DNA of 64,000 nucleotides, from NCBI RefSeq assembly GCF_009914755.1, contig NC_060933.1. One strand, 5' to 3'. Each line of letters starts with the position of its first letter. The stretch's first letter is position 1. The translations under genes and the position numbers were made by a program. Shown in pieces: positions 1 to 14,085 of this stretch. The stretch comes from the human T2T-CHM13v2.0 reference genome, Homo sapiens. The notes beneath the pieces are model-generated. The model did not search any database. It had not been told where the DNA came from and saw only the letters and a list, made by a program, of their open reading frames with translations.

Positions 1-3000
1 GAGTGTAAGGGAATTGAATAGTATCAATCCGAATGTAATGGAATGGAATGGAACGGAATGGAATGGAATGGAATGGAATGGAATGGAATGGAATCGTTCG
101 GAGTGGAATAGGAGGGAATGTATTCGAGTGGAATGGAAAGGAATGGAATCAACCAGAGTGGAATGGAAGGGAATGGAATGGAATGGAAACTAATAGATTG
201 GAATCAACCCGAGTGGAATGGAATGGAAAGGACTGGAATGGAATGGAATGGAATGGAATGGAATCAACTGGATTGTAATGGAATGGAATGGAATGGAATG
301 GAATGGAATGGAATGGAATGGAATGGAATGGAATTAACCCGAATACAATGGAATGGAATGGAATGGAATGGAATGGAACGGAATGGACTGGAATGGAATG
401 GATTCAACCCGAGTGCAGGGGAATGGAATGGAATGGAATGCAATGGAATGGAATCATCCGGAATGGAATGGAATGGAATGGAATGCAAAGCAATGGAATC
501 AACTCGATTGCAATGGAAAGGAATGGAATGGAAAGGAATAGAATGGAATCAACCTGATTGGAATGGAATGGAAAGGACTGGAATGGAGTGGAATGGAATG
601 GAATGGAATGGAATGGAATGCAATGGAATGGTATGGAATGGAATGGAATGGTACGGAATAGAATGGAATGGAAGGAATTGTAATGGAACGGAATTCAATG
701 GAATGGAATGGAATGGAATGGAATCAGCGCGAGTGCAGGGGAATGTAATGGAACGGAATGCAATGGAATGGAATCATCCGGAATGGAATGGAATGGAATG
801 GAATGGAATGGAATCAACCCAAGTGCAATGGAAAGGAGTGGAATGGAATGGAATGGAATGGAACAACCCAAATGGAATGGAATGTAATGGAGAGTAAGGG
901 AGTTGAATAGAATCAATGAGAATGTAATGGAATGGAATGCAACGGAATGGAATGGAATGGAATGGAATGGAATGCAATGGAATGGAATCAACCCGAGTAC
1001 AATGGAATGGAATGGAATGGAATGGAATGGAATGGAATGGAATGGAATGCCTTCAAACCGAATGGAATGGAAAGGAATGGAATCAACACGAGTGGAATGG
1101 AATGGAATGGAATGGAATGGAATGGAATGGAATGGAATGGAATGATACGGAATAGGATGGATTGGAACGAAATGGAATGGAATGGAAAGGAATGGAATGG
1201 AATGGAATGGAATGGAATCGTTCCGAGTGGAATAGGAGGGAATGTATTTGAGTGGAATGGAAAGGAAAGGAATCAACCAGAGTGCAATGGAAGGGAATGG
1301 AATGGAATGGAAACTAATAGAATGGAATCAACCCTAGTGGAATGGAATGGAAAGGACTGGAATGGAAAGGAATGGAATGGAATGGAATGGAATGGAATGG
1401 AATGGAATGGAATCAACCCGAGTGCAGGGGAATGTAATGGAACGGAATGCAAAGGAAAGGAATCATCCGGAATGGAATGGAATGGAATGGAATGGAATGG
1501 AATCAACCCGAGTGCAATGGAATGGAGTGGAATGGAATGGAATGGAATGGAACAACCCGAATGGAATGGAATGTAATGGAGAGTAAGGGAGTTGAAAAGA
1601 ATCAATCCGAATGTAATGGAATGGAATGGAACGGAATGGAATGGAATGGAATGGAATGGAATGGAATGCAATGGAATGGAATCAACCCAAGTACAATGGA
1701 ATGGAATGGAATGGAATGGAATGGAACGGAATGGAATGGAATGGAATGCAATGGAATGGAATCTTCCGGAATGGAAAGGAATGGAATGGAATGGAATGGA
1801 ATGGAATGCAATGGATTCAACACGATTGCAATGGAATGGAATAGAATGGAATGGAATGGAATGGAATGGAATTAAACCGAATAGAATGGAATGGAATGGA
1901 ACGGAACGGAACGGAACTGAACGGAACGGAACGGAGTGGAATGGAATGGAATGGAATTGTATGGAATGGAATGGAATGGTACGGAATAGAATGGAATGGA
2001 ATGAATTGGAATGGAATGGAATCGAATGGAATGGAATGGAATGGAATGGAATCAATCCGAGTGCAGGGGAATGTAATGGAACGGAATGCAATGGAATGGA
2101 ATCATCCGGAATGGAATGGAATGGAATGGAATGGAATGGAATGGAATGGAATGGAATCAACCCGAGTGCAATGGAATGGAGTGGAATGGAATGGAATGGA
2201 ATGGAACAACCCGAATGGAATGGAATGTAATGGAGAGTAAGGGAGTTGAATAGAATCAATCCGAATGTAATGGCATGGAACGGAATGGAATGGAATGGAA
2301 TGGAATGGAATGGAATGGAATGGAATGGAATGCAATGGAATGGAATCAACCCGAGTACAATGGAACGGAATGGAATGGAATGGAATGGAATGGAATGGAA
2401 TGGAATGCCTTCAAACCTAATGGAATGGAAAGGAATGGAATCAACACGAGTGGAATGGAATGGAATGGAATGGAATGGAATGGAATGGAATGGAATGATA
2501 CGGAATAGAATGGAATGGAACGAAATGGAATGGAATGCAATGGAATGGAATGGAATGGAATGGAATGGAATCGTTCCGAGTGGAATAGGAGGGAATGTAT
2601 TCGAGTGGAATGGAAAGGAATGGAATCAGCAGAGTGGAATGGAAGGGAATGGAATGGAATGGAAACTAATAGAATGGAATCAACCCGAGTGGAATGGAAT
2701 GGAAAGGACTGGAATGGATTGGAAAGGAATGGAATGGAATCAACTCGATTGTAATGGAATGGAATGGAATGGAATGGACTGGAATGGAATGGAATTAACC
2801 CGAATACAATGGAATGGAATGGAATGGAAAGGAATGGAATGGAATGATACGGAATAGAATGGAATGGTACGAAATGGAATGGAATGGAATGGAATGGAAT
2901 GGAATGGAATGGAATGGAATGGTTCCGAGTGGAATAGGAGGGAATGTATTCGAGTGGAATGGAAAGGAATGGAATCAACCAGAGTGGAATGGAAGGGAAT

Positions 3001-5665
3001 GGAATGGAATGGAAACTAATAGAATGGAATCAACCCGAGTGGAATGGAATGGAAAGGACTGGAATGGAATGGAATGGAATGGAATCAACTCGATTGTAAT
3101 GGAATGGAATGGAATGGAATGGACTGGAATGGAATGGAATTAACCCGAATACAATGGAATGGAATGGAATGGAACGTAATGGAGTGGAATGGAATGGAAT
3201 CAACCCGAGTGCAGGGGAATGGAATGGAATGGAATGCAATGGAATGGAATCATCCGGAATGGAATGGAATGGAATGGAATGCAAAGCAATGGAATCAACT
3301 CGATTACAATGGAATGGAATGGAATGGAAAGGAATACATTGGAATCAACCCGAGTGGAATGGAATGGAAAGGACTGGAATGGAGTGGAATGGAATGGAAT
3401 GGAATGGAATAGAATCAACTCGATTGTTATGGAATGGAATGGAATGGAATTAACCCGAATAGAATGGAATGGAATGGAATGGAACGGAACGGAACGGAAC
3501 GGAATGAAATGGAATGGAATGGAATGGAATGGATTGGAATCAACCCGACTGCAGGGGAATGGAATGGAATGGAAAGCAATGGAATGGATTCAACTTGAAT
3601 GGAATGGAAAGAATGGAATCAACACGAGTGGAATGGCATGGACTGGAATGGAATGGAATGGAATCAACCCGAGTACAGGGGAAAGGAATGGAATGGAATG
3701 CAATGGAATGGAATCATCCGTAATGGAATGGAAAGTAATGAAATGGAATGGAATGGAATGGAATGGAATGGCATGGAATCAACTCGATTGCAATCGAATG
3801 GAATGGAATGGAATTAACCCGAATAGAATGGAATGGAATGGAATGGAACAGAACGGAACAGAACGGAACGGAATGGAATGGAATGGAATGGAATGGAAAG
3901 GAAAGGAATGGAATGGAATGGAATGGAATGGAATGGAATGGAATGGAATGGAATCAACGCGAGTGCAGGGGAATGGAATGGAATGGAATGCAATGGAATG
4001 CAATCTTCCGGAATGGAATGGAATGGAATGGAATGGAATGGAATGGAATGGAATTGAATGGAATCAACCCGAGTGCAATGGAATGGAGTGGAATGGAATG
4101 GAATGGAATGGAACAACCCGAATGGAATCGAATGTAATGGAGAGTAAGGGAGTTGAATAGAATCAATCCGAATGTAATGGAATGGAATGGAACGGAATGG
4201 AATTGAATGGTATGGAATGGAACGCAATGGAATGGAATCAACCCGAATGCAATGGAATGGAGAGGAATGGAATGGAATGGAAACTACCCGAATGGAATGG
4301 AATGTAATGGAGTGTAAGGGAATTGAATAGAATCAATCCGAATATAATGGAATGGAATGGAACGGAATGGAATGGAATGGAATGGAATGGAATGCAATGG
4401 AATGGAATCAACCCGAGTGCAATCGAATGGAAACGAATGGAATGGAATGTAATGGAATGGAATGGAATTGTATGGAATGGAATGGAATGGTATGGAATAG
4501 AATGGAATGGAAAGAATTGGAATGGAATGGAATCGAATGGAATGGAATGGAATGGAATGGAATTAACCCGAGTGCAGGGGAATGTAATGGAACGGAATGC
4601 AATGGAATGGAATCATCCGGAATGGAATGGAATGGAATGGAATGGAATGGAATCAACCCGAGTGCAATGGAATGGAGTGGAATGGAATGGAATGGAATGG
4701 AACAACCCGAATGGAATGGAATGTAATGGAGAGTAAGGGAGTTGAATAGAATCAATCCGAATGTAATGGAATGGAATGCAACGGAATGGAATGGAATGGA
4801 ATGGAATGGAATGGAATTTAATAGAATGCAAAGGAATGGAATCAACCCGAGTGGAATGGCATGGAATGGAATGCAATGGATTGAAATGGAATGGAATCAA
4901 CTCGAGTGGAAAGGAATGGAATGGAATGGAAAGGAATGGAATGAAGTCAATTCGAGTGGAATGGAATGGAATGGAATGGATTGGAATGGATTACAATGGA
5001 ATGAAATGGAATGGAATGGAATGGAATCAATCATGGAAGGGAATGTATTGGAGTGGAAAGAAGGGAATGGAATCAACCCGAGTGGAATGCAAGGCAATGG
5101 AATGGAATGGAAAGGAATGGAATGGAATCAACTCGATTGCAATGGAATGGAATGGAATGGAATGGAATGGAATGGAATGGAATGGAATGGAATTAACCGG
5201 AATAGAATGGAATGGAATGGAATGGAACGGAATGGAATGGAATGGAAGGGAATGGAATCAACACGAGTGCAGGGGAATGGAATGGAATGGAATGCAATGG
5301 AATGGAATCATCCGGAATGGAATGGAATGGAATGGAATCAACTCCATTGCAATGGAATGGAATGGAATGGAATGGAATAGAATGGAATGGAATTAACCTG
5401 AATAGATGGAATGCAATAGAATGGAATGCAACGGAAACGAATGGAGTGGAATGGAATGGAATGGAATCAACCCGAGTACAGGGGAATGGAATGGAATGGA
5501 ATGCAATGGAATGGAGTCATCCGTAATTGAATGGAAAGGAATGGAATGGAATGGAATGGAATGGAATGGAATGGAATGGAATGGAATCAACTCGATGGCA
5601 ATCGAATGGAATGGAATGGAATTAACCCGAATAGAATGGAATGGAATGGAATGGAACGGAACGGA
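1..5665 (+). repeat. Higher-order repeat, copy A (partial; near-identical to 9056-14085)
   Basis: Shares private variants with copy B: GAATAGTATCAATCC (18/9071), AATCAATGAGAATG, ACCCTAGTGG, CAAACCTAATGG, GAATTTAATAG. ORF-track translations recur at offset 9055 (118..897 vs 9173..9952). Confidence 0.92.
1758..1772. promoter_or_regulatory. Perfect three-unit heat-shock element consensus (gGAAt cTTCc gGAAt); representative of ~30 copies
   Basis: Exact match to nGAAnnTTCnnGAAn; also found at 8391, 10808, 14199 and 16403 on this arm. Binding is inferred, not shown. Confidence 0.55.
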
Positions 5666-8600
5666 ATGGAATGGAATGGAATGGAATGGAACGGAAAGGA
5701 ATGGAATGGAATGGAATGGAATGGAATGGAATGGAATTAACCCGAATAGAATGGAATGGAATGGAATGGAACGGAACGGAACGGAACGTAATGGAATGGA
5801 ATGGAATGGAATGGAATGGAATGGAATCAACCCGACTGCAGGGGAATGGAATGGAATGGAATGCAATGGAATCAACCCGAGTACAGGGGAATGGAATGGA
5901 ATGGAATGCAATGGAATAGAATCATCCGTAATGGAATGGAAAGGAATGGAATGGAATGGAATGGAATGGAATGGAATCAACTCGATTGCAATCGAATGGA
6001 ATGGAATGGAATTAACGCGAATAGAATGGAATGGAATGGAATGGAACGGAACGGAATGGAATGGAATGGAATGGAATGGAACGGAAAGGAATGGAATGGA
6101 ATGGAATGGAATGGAATCAACGCGAGTGCAGGGGAATGGAATGGAATCGAATGGAATGGAATAGAATGGAATGGAATCAACCCGAGTGCAGGGGAATGTA
6201 ATGGAACGGAATGCAACGGAATGGAATCATCCAGAATGGAATGGAATGGAATGGAATGCAAAGCAATGGAATCAACTCGATTGCAATGGAATGGAATGGA
6301 ATGGAAAGGAATAGAATGGAATCAACCCGAGTGTAATGGAATGGAAAGGACTGGAATGGAGTGGAATGGAATGGAATGGAATGGAATGGAATCAACTCGA
6401 TTGGAATGGAATGGAATGGAATGGAATGGAATGGAATGGAATGGAATGGAATTAACCCGAATAGAATGGAATGGAATGGAATGGAACGGAACGGAATGGA
6501 ATGGAATGGAATGGAATGGAATGGAATGGAATGGAATCAACCCGACTGCAGGGGAATGGAATGGAATGGAATGGAATGGAATGGAATGGAATCATCCGGA
6601 ACGGAATGGAATGGAATGGAATGGAATCAACTCGATTGCAATGGAATGGAAGGGAATGGAATGGAATCGAATGTAATGGAATGGAATTAACCAGAATAGA
6701 ATGGAATGGAATGGAATGGAACGGAATGGAATGGAATGGAATGGAATCAACCCGAGTGCAGGGGAATGGAATGGAATGGAATGCAATGGAATGGAATCAT
6801 CCGGAATGGAATGGAATGGAATGGAATGCCGTCAACCTGATGCAATGGAATGGAGTGGAATGGAATGGAATGGAATGGAAACATCCCGAATGGAATGGAA
6901 TGTAATGGAGTGTAAGGGAATTGAATAGAATCAATCCGAATGGAATGGAATGGAATGGAATGAAATGGAATGGAATGGAATGGAATGGAATCAACCCGAG
7001 TGCAATGGAATGGATTCGAATGGAATGGAATGGAATGGAATGGATTCAACAAGAATGGAATGGAAAGGAATGGAATCAACCCGAGTGTAATGGCATGGAA
7101 TGGAACGGAATGGAATGGGATGGAATGGAATGGTACGGAATAGAATGGAATGGAATGACATGGAATGGAATGGAATGGAATGGAATGGAATGGAATGGAA
7201 TGGAATGGAATGAACCCGTGTGCAATGGAATGGAATGGAATGGAATGGATTCAACTCGAATGGAATCAACTCGATTGCAATGGAATGGAATGGAATGGAA
7301 AGGAATAGAATGGAATCAACCCGAGTGGAATGGAATGGAAAGGACTGGAATGGAGTGGAATGCAATGGAATGGAATTAACCCGAATAGAATGAAATGGAA
7401 CGGAATGGAACGGAATGTAATGCAATGGAATCGAATGGAATCAACCCGAGTGCAGGGGAATGCAATGGAATGGAATGCAATGCAATGGAATCATCCGGAA
7501 TGGAATGGAATGGAATGGAATGGAATTGAATGGAATGGAATGGAATCAACTCGATTTCAATGGAATGGAATGGAATAGAATGGAATGGAATTAACATGAA
7601 TAGAATGGAATGGAATGGAATGGAATGGAATGGAATGGAATGGAACAGAAAGGCATGGAATGGAATGGAATGGAATCAACCCAAGTGCAGGGGAATGGAA
7701 TGGAATGGAATTCAATGGAATGGAATCATCCGGAATGGAATGGAATGGAATGGAATGCAATGGAATGGAATCAACCCGAGTGCAATGGAATGGAGAGGAA
7801 TTGAATGGAATGGAATGGAAACTACCCGAATGGAATGGAATGTAATGGAGTGTAAGGGAATTGAATAGAATGAATCCGAATGGAATGGAATGGAATGGAA
7901 AGGAATGGAATGGAATGGAATGGAATGCAATGCCATGGAATCAACCCGAGTGCAATCGAATGGAATCGAATGGAATGGAATGCAATGGAATGGATTCAAC
8001 TTGAATGGAATGGAAAGAATGGAATCAACACGAGTGGAATGGCATGGATTGGAATGGAATGGAATGGAATCAACCCGAGTACAGGGGAATGGAATGGAAT
8101 GGAATGAAATGGAATGGAATCATACGTAATGTAATGGAAAGGAATGGAATGGAAAGGAATGGAATGAAATTGAATGGAATAGAATGGAATGGAATGGAAT
8201 CAACTCGATTGCAATCGAATGGAATGGAATGGAATTAACCCGCATAGAATGGAATGGAATGGAACGGAACGGAATGGAATGGAATGGAATGGAATGGAAT
8301 GGAAGGGAACGGATCGGAATGGAATGGAATGGAATGGAATGGAATCAACACGAGTGCAGGGGAATGGAATGGAATGGAATGCAATGCAATGGAATCTTCC
8401 GGAATGGAATGGAATGGAATGCAATGGATTCAACTCGATTGCAATGGAATGGAATAGAATGTAATGGAATGGAATGGAATGGAATTAACCCGAATAGAAT
8501 GGAATGGAATGGAATGGAACGGAACGGAACGGAATGGAATGGAATGGAATGGAATGGAATGGAATGGAATGGAACAGAAAGCAATGGAATGGAATGGAAT

Positions 8601-9055
8601 GGAATTGTATGGAATGGAATGGAATGGTACGGAATAGAATGGAATGGAAAGAATTGGAATGGAATGGAATCGAATGGAATGGAATGGAATGGAATGGAAT
8701 CAGCCCGAGTGCAGGGGAATGTAATGGAACGGAATGGAATGGAATGGAATCATCCAGAATGGAATGGAATGGAATGGAATGGAATGGAATGGAATGGAAT
8801 GGAATCAACCCAAGTGCAATGGAATGGAGTGGAATGGAATGGAATGGAATGGAACAACCCGAATGGAATGGAATGTAATGGAGAGTAAGGGAGTTGAATA
8901 GAATCAATCCGAATGTAATGGAATGGAATGGAACGGAATGGAATTGAATGGAATGGAATGGAATGCAATGGAGTGGAATCAACCCGAGTGCAATGGAATG
9001 GAGAGGAATGGAATGGAATGGAATGGAAACTACGCGAATGGAATGGAATGTAATG

Positions 9056-12000
9056 GAGTGTAAGGGAATTGAATAGTATCAATCCGAATGTAATGGAATG
9101 GAATGGAACGGATTGGAACGGAATGGAATGGAATGGAATGGAATGGAATCGTTCGGAGTGGAATAGGAGGGAATGTATTCGAGTGGAATGGAAAGGAATG
9201 GAATCAACCAGAGTGGAATGGAAGGGAATGGAATGGAATGGAAACTAATAGATTGGAATCAACCCGAGTGGAATGGAATGGAAAGGACTGGAATGGAATG
9301 GAATGGAATGGAATGGAATCAACTGGATTGTAATGGAATGGAATGGAATGGAATGGAATGGAATGGAATGGAATGGAATGGAATGGAATTAACCCGAATA
9401 CAATGGAATGGAATGGAATGGAATGGAATGGAACGGAATGGACTGGAATGGAATGGATTCAACCCGAGTGCAGGGGAATGGAATAGAATGGAATGCAATG
9501 GAATGGAATCATCCGGAATGGAATGGAATGGAATGGAATGCAAAGCAATGGAATCAACTCGATTGCAATGGAAAGGAATGGAATGGAAAGGAATAGAATG
9601 GAATCAACCTGATTGGAATGGAATGGAAAGGACTGGAATGGAGTGGAATGGAATGGAATGGAATGGAATGGAATGCAATGGAATGGTATGGAATGGAATG
9701 GAATGGTACGGAATAGAATGGAATGGAAGGAATTGTAATGGAACGGAATTCAATGGAATGGAATGGAATGGAATGGAATCAGCGCGAGTGCAGGGGAATG
9801 TAATGGAACGGAATGCAATGGAATGGAATCATCCGGAATGGAATGGAATGGAATGGAATGGAATGGAATCAACCCAAGTGCAATGGAAAGGAGTGGAATG
9901 GAATGGAATGGAATGGAACAACCCAAATGGAATGGAATGTAATGGAGAGTAAGGGAGTTGAATAGAATCAATGAGAATGTAATGGAATGGAATGCAACGG
10001 AATGGAATGGAATGGAATGGAATGGAATGCAATGGAATGGAATCAACCCGAGTACAATGGAATGGAATGGAATGGAATGGAATGGAATGGAATGGAATGC
10101 CTTCAAACCGAATGGAATGGAAAGGAATGGAATCAACACGAGTGGAATGGAATGGAATGGAATGGAATGGAATGGAATGGAATGGAATGGAATGATACGG
10201 AATAGGATGGATTGGAACGAAATGGAATGGAATGGAAAGGAATGGAATGGAATGGAATGGAATGGAATCGTTCCGAGTGGAATAGGAGGGAATGTATTTG
10301 AGTGGAATGGAAAGGAAAGGAATCAACCAGAGTGCAATGGAAGGGAATGGAATGGAATGGAAACTAATAGAATGGAATCAACCCTAGTGGAATGGAATGG
10401 AAAGGACTGGAATGGAAAGGAATGGAATGGAATGGAATGGAATGGAATGGAATGGAATGGAATCAACCCGAGTGCAGGGGAATGTAATGGAACGGAATGC
10501 AAAGGAAAGGAATCATCCGGAATGGAATGGAATGGAATGGAATGGAATGGAATCAACCCGAGTGCAATGGAATGGAGTGGAATGGAATGGAATGGAATGG
10601 AACAACCCGAATGGAATGGAATGTAATGGAGAGTAAGGGAGTTGAAAAGAATCAATCCGAATGTAATGGAATGGAATGGAACGGAATGGAATGGAATGGA
10701 ATGGAATGGAATGGAATGCAATGGAATGGAATCAACCCAAGTACAATGGAATGGAATGGAATGGAATGGAATGGAACGGAATGGAATGGAATGGAATGCA
10801 ATGGAATGGAATCTTCCGGAATGGAAAGGAATGGAATGGAATGGAATGGAATGGAATGCAATGGATTCAACACGATTGCAATGGAATGGAATAGAATGGA
10901 ATGGAATGGAATGGAATGGAATTAAACCGAATAGAATGGAATGGAATGGAACGGAACGGAACGGAACTGAACGGAACGGAACGGAGTGGAATGGAATGGA
11001 ATGGAATTGTATGGAATGGAATGGAATGGTACGGAATAGAATGGAATGGAATGAATTGGAATGGAATGGAATCGAATGGAATGGAATGGAATGGAATGGA
11101 ATCAATCCGAGTGCAGGGGAATGTAATGGAACGGAATGCAATGGAATGGAATCATCCGGAATGGAATGGAATGGAATGGAATGGAATGGAATGGAATGGA
11201 ATGGAATGGAATCAACCCGAGTGCAATGGAATGGAGTGGAATGGAATGGAATGGAATGGAACAACCCGAATGGAATGGAATGTAATGGAGAGTAAGGGAG
11301 TTGAATAGAATCAATCCGAATGTAATGGCATGGAACGGAATGGAATGGAATGGAATGGAATGGAATGGAATGGAATGGAATGGAATGCAATGGAATGGAA
11401 TCAACCCGAGTACAATGGAACGGAATGGAATGGAATGGAATGGAATGGAATGGAATGGAATGCCTTCAAACCTAATGGAATGGAAAGGAATGGAATCAAC
11501 ACGAGTGGAATGGAATGGAATGGAATGGAATGGAATGGAATGGAATGGAATGGAATGATACGGAATAGAATGGAATGGAACGAAATGGAATGGAATGCAA
11601 TGGAATGGAATGGAATGGAATGGAATGGAATCGTTCCGAGTGGAATAGGAGGGAATGTATTCGAGTGGAATGGAAAGGAATGGAATCAGCAGAGTGGAAT
11701 GGAAGGGAATGGAATGGAATGGAAACTAATAGAATGGAATCAACCCGAGTGGAATGGAATGGAAAGGACTGGAATGGATTGGAAAGGAATGGAATGGAAT
11801 CAACTCGATTGTAATGGAATGGAATGGAATGGAATGGACTGGAATGGAATGGAATTAACCCGAATACAATGGAATGGAATGGAATGGAAAGGAATGGAAT
11901 GGAATGATACGGAATAGAATGGAATGGTACGAAATGGAATGGAATGGAATGGAATGGAATGGAATGGAATGGAATGGAATGGTTCCGAGTGGAATAGGAG

Positions 12001-14085
12001 GGAATGTATTCGAGTGGAATGGAAAGGAATGGAATCAACCAGAGTGGAATGGAAGGGAATGGAATGGAATGGAAACTAATAGAATGGAATCAACCCGAGT
12101 GGAATGGAATGGAAAGGACTGGAATGGAATGGAATGGAATGGAATCAACTCGATTGTAATGGAATGGAATGGAATGGAATGGACTGGAATGGAATGGAAT
12201 TAACCCGAATACAATGGAATGGAATGGAATGGAACGTAATGGAGTGGAATGGAATGGAATCAACCCGAGTGCAGGGGAATGGAATGGAATGGAATGCAAT
12301 GGAATGGAAAGGAAAGGAATGGAATGGAATGGAATGGAATGGAATGGAATGGAATGGAATCAACGCGAGTGCAGGGGAATGGAATGGAATGGAATGCAAT
12401 GGAATGCAATCTTCCGGAATGGAATGGAATGGAATGGAATGGAATGGAATGGAATGGAATGGAATTGAATGGAATCAACCCGAGTGCAATGGAATGGAGT
12501 GGAATGGAATGGAATGGAATGGAACAACCCGAATGGAATCGAATGTAATGGAGAGTAAGGGAGTTGAATAGAATCAATCCGAATGTAATGGAATGGAATG
12601 GAACGGAATGGAATTGAATGGTATGGAATGGAACGCAATGGAATGGAATCAACCCGAATGCAATGGAATGGAGAGGAATGGAATGGAATGGAAACTACCC
12701 GAATGGAATGGAATGTAATGGAGTGTAAGGGAATTGAATAGAATCAATCCGAATATAATGGAATGGAATGGAACGGAATGGAATGGAATGGAATGGAATG
12801 GAATGGAATGCAATGGAATGGAATCAACCCGAGTGCAATCGAATGGAAACGAATGGAATGGAATGTAATGGAATGGAATGGAATTGTATGGAATGGAATG
12901 GAATGGTATGGAATAGAATGGAATGGAAAGAATTGGAATGGAATGGAATCGAATGGAATGGAATGGAATGGAATGGAATTAACCCGAGTGCAGGGGAATG
13001 TAATGGAACGGAATGCAATGGAATGGAATCATCCGGAATGGAATGGAATGGAATGGAATGGAATGGAATCAACCCGAGTGCAATGGAATGGAGTGGAATG
13101 GAATGGAATGGAATGGAACAACCCGAATGGAATGGAATGTAATGGAGAGTAAGGGAGTTGAATAGAATCAATCCGAATGTAATGGAATGGAATGCAACGG
13201 AATGGAATGGAATGGAATGGAATGGAATGGAATTTAATAGAATGCAAAGGAATGGAATCAACCCGAGTGGAATGGCATGGAATGGAATGCAATGGATTGA
13301 AATGGAATGGAATCAACTCGAGTGGAAAGGAATGGAATGGAATGGAAAGGAATGGAATGAAGTCAATTCGAGTGGAATGGAATGGAATGGAATGGATTGG
13401 AATGGATTACAATGGAATGAAACGGAATGGAATGGAATGGAATCAATCATGGAAGGGAATGTATTGGAGTGGAAAGAAGGGAATGGAATCAACCCGAGTG
13501 GAATGCAAGGCAATGGAATGGAATGGAAAGGAATGGAATGGAATCAACTCGATTGCAATGGAATGGAATGGAATGGAATGGAATGGAATGGAATGGAATG
13601 GAATGGAATTAACCGGAATAGAATGGAATGGAATGGAATGGAACGGAATGGAATGGAATGGAAGGGAATGGAATCAACACGAGTGCAGGGGAATGGAATG
13701 GAATGGAATGCAATGGAATGGAATCATCCGGAATGGAATGGAATGGAATGGAATCAACTCCATTGCAATGGAATGGAATGGAATGGAATGGAATAGAATG
13801 GAATGGAATTAACCTGAATAGATGGAATGCAATAGAATGGAATGCAACGGAAACGAATGGAGTGGAATGGAATGGAATGGAATCAACCCGAGTACAGGGG
13901 AATGGAATGGAATGGAATGCAATGGAATGGAGTCATCCGTAATTGAATGGAAAGGAATGGAATGGAATGGAATGGAATGGAATGGAATGGAATGGAATGG
14001 AATCAACTCGATGGCAATCGAATGGAATGGAATGGAATTAACCCGAATAGAATGGAATGGAATGGAATGGAACGGAACGGAATGG
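9056..14085 (+). repeat. Higher-order repeat, copy B, lacking ~649 bp relative to copy A
   Basis: The offset to copy A is ~9055-9060 up to 12300 and then ~8416 (4408..4845 vs 12824..13261). Identity ends at ~14085. Confidence 0.92.

Noticed and set aside
412-425. GCAGGGG runs as G-quadruplex motifs
   Set aside because: These are single isolated G4 tracts hundreds of bases apart, not four clustered G3+ runs.
880-925. GAGAGTAAGGGAGTTG word resembling a 5' splice donor (AG/GTAAGG) or a telomere-like TAAGGG
   Set aside because: A short match within a recurrent satellite word, with no exon, acceptor or tandem TTAGGG context.
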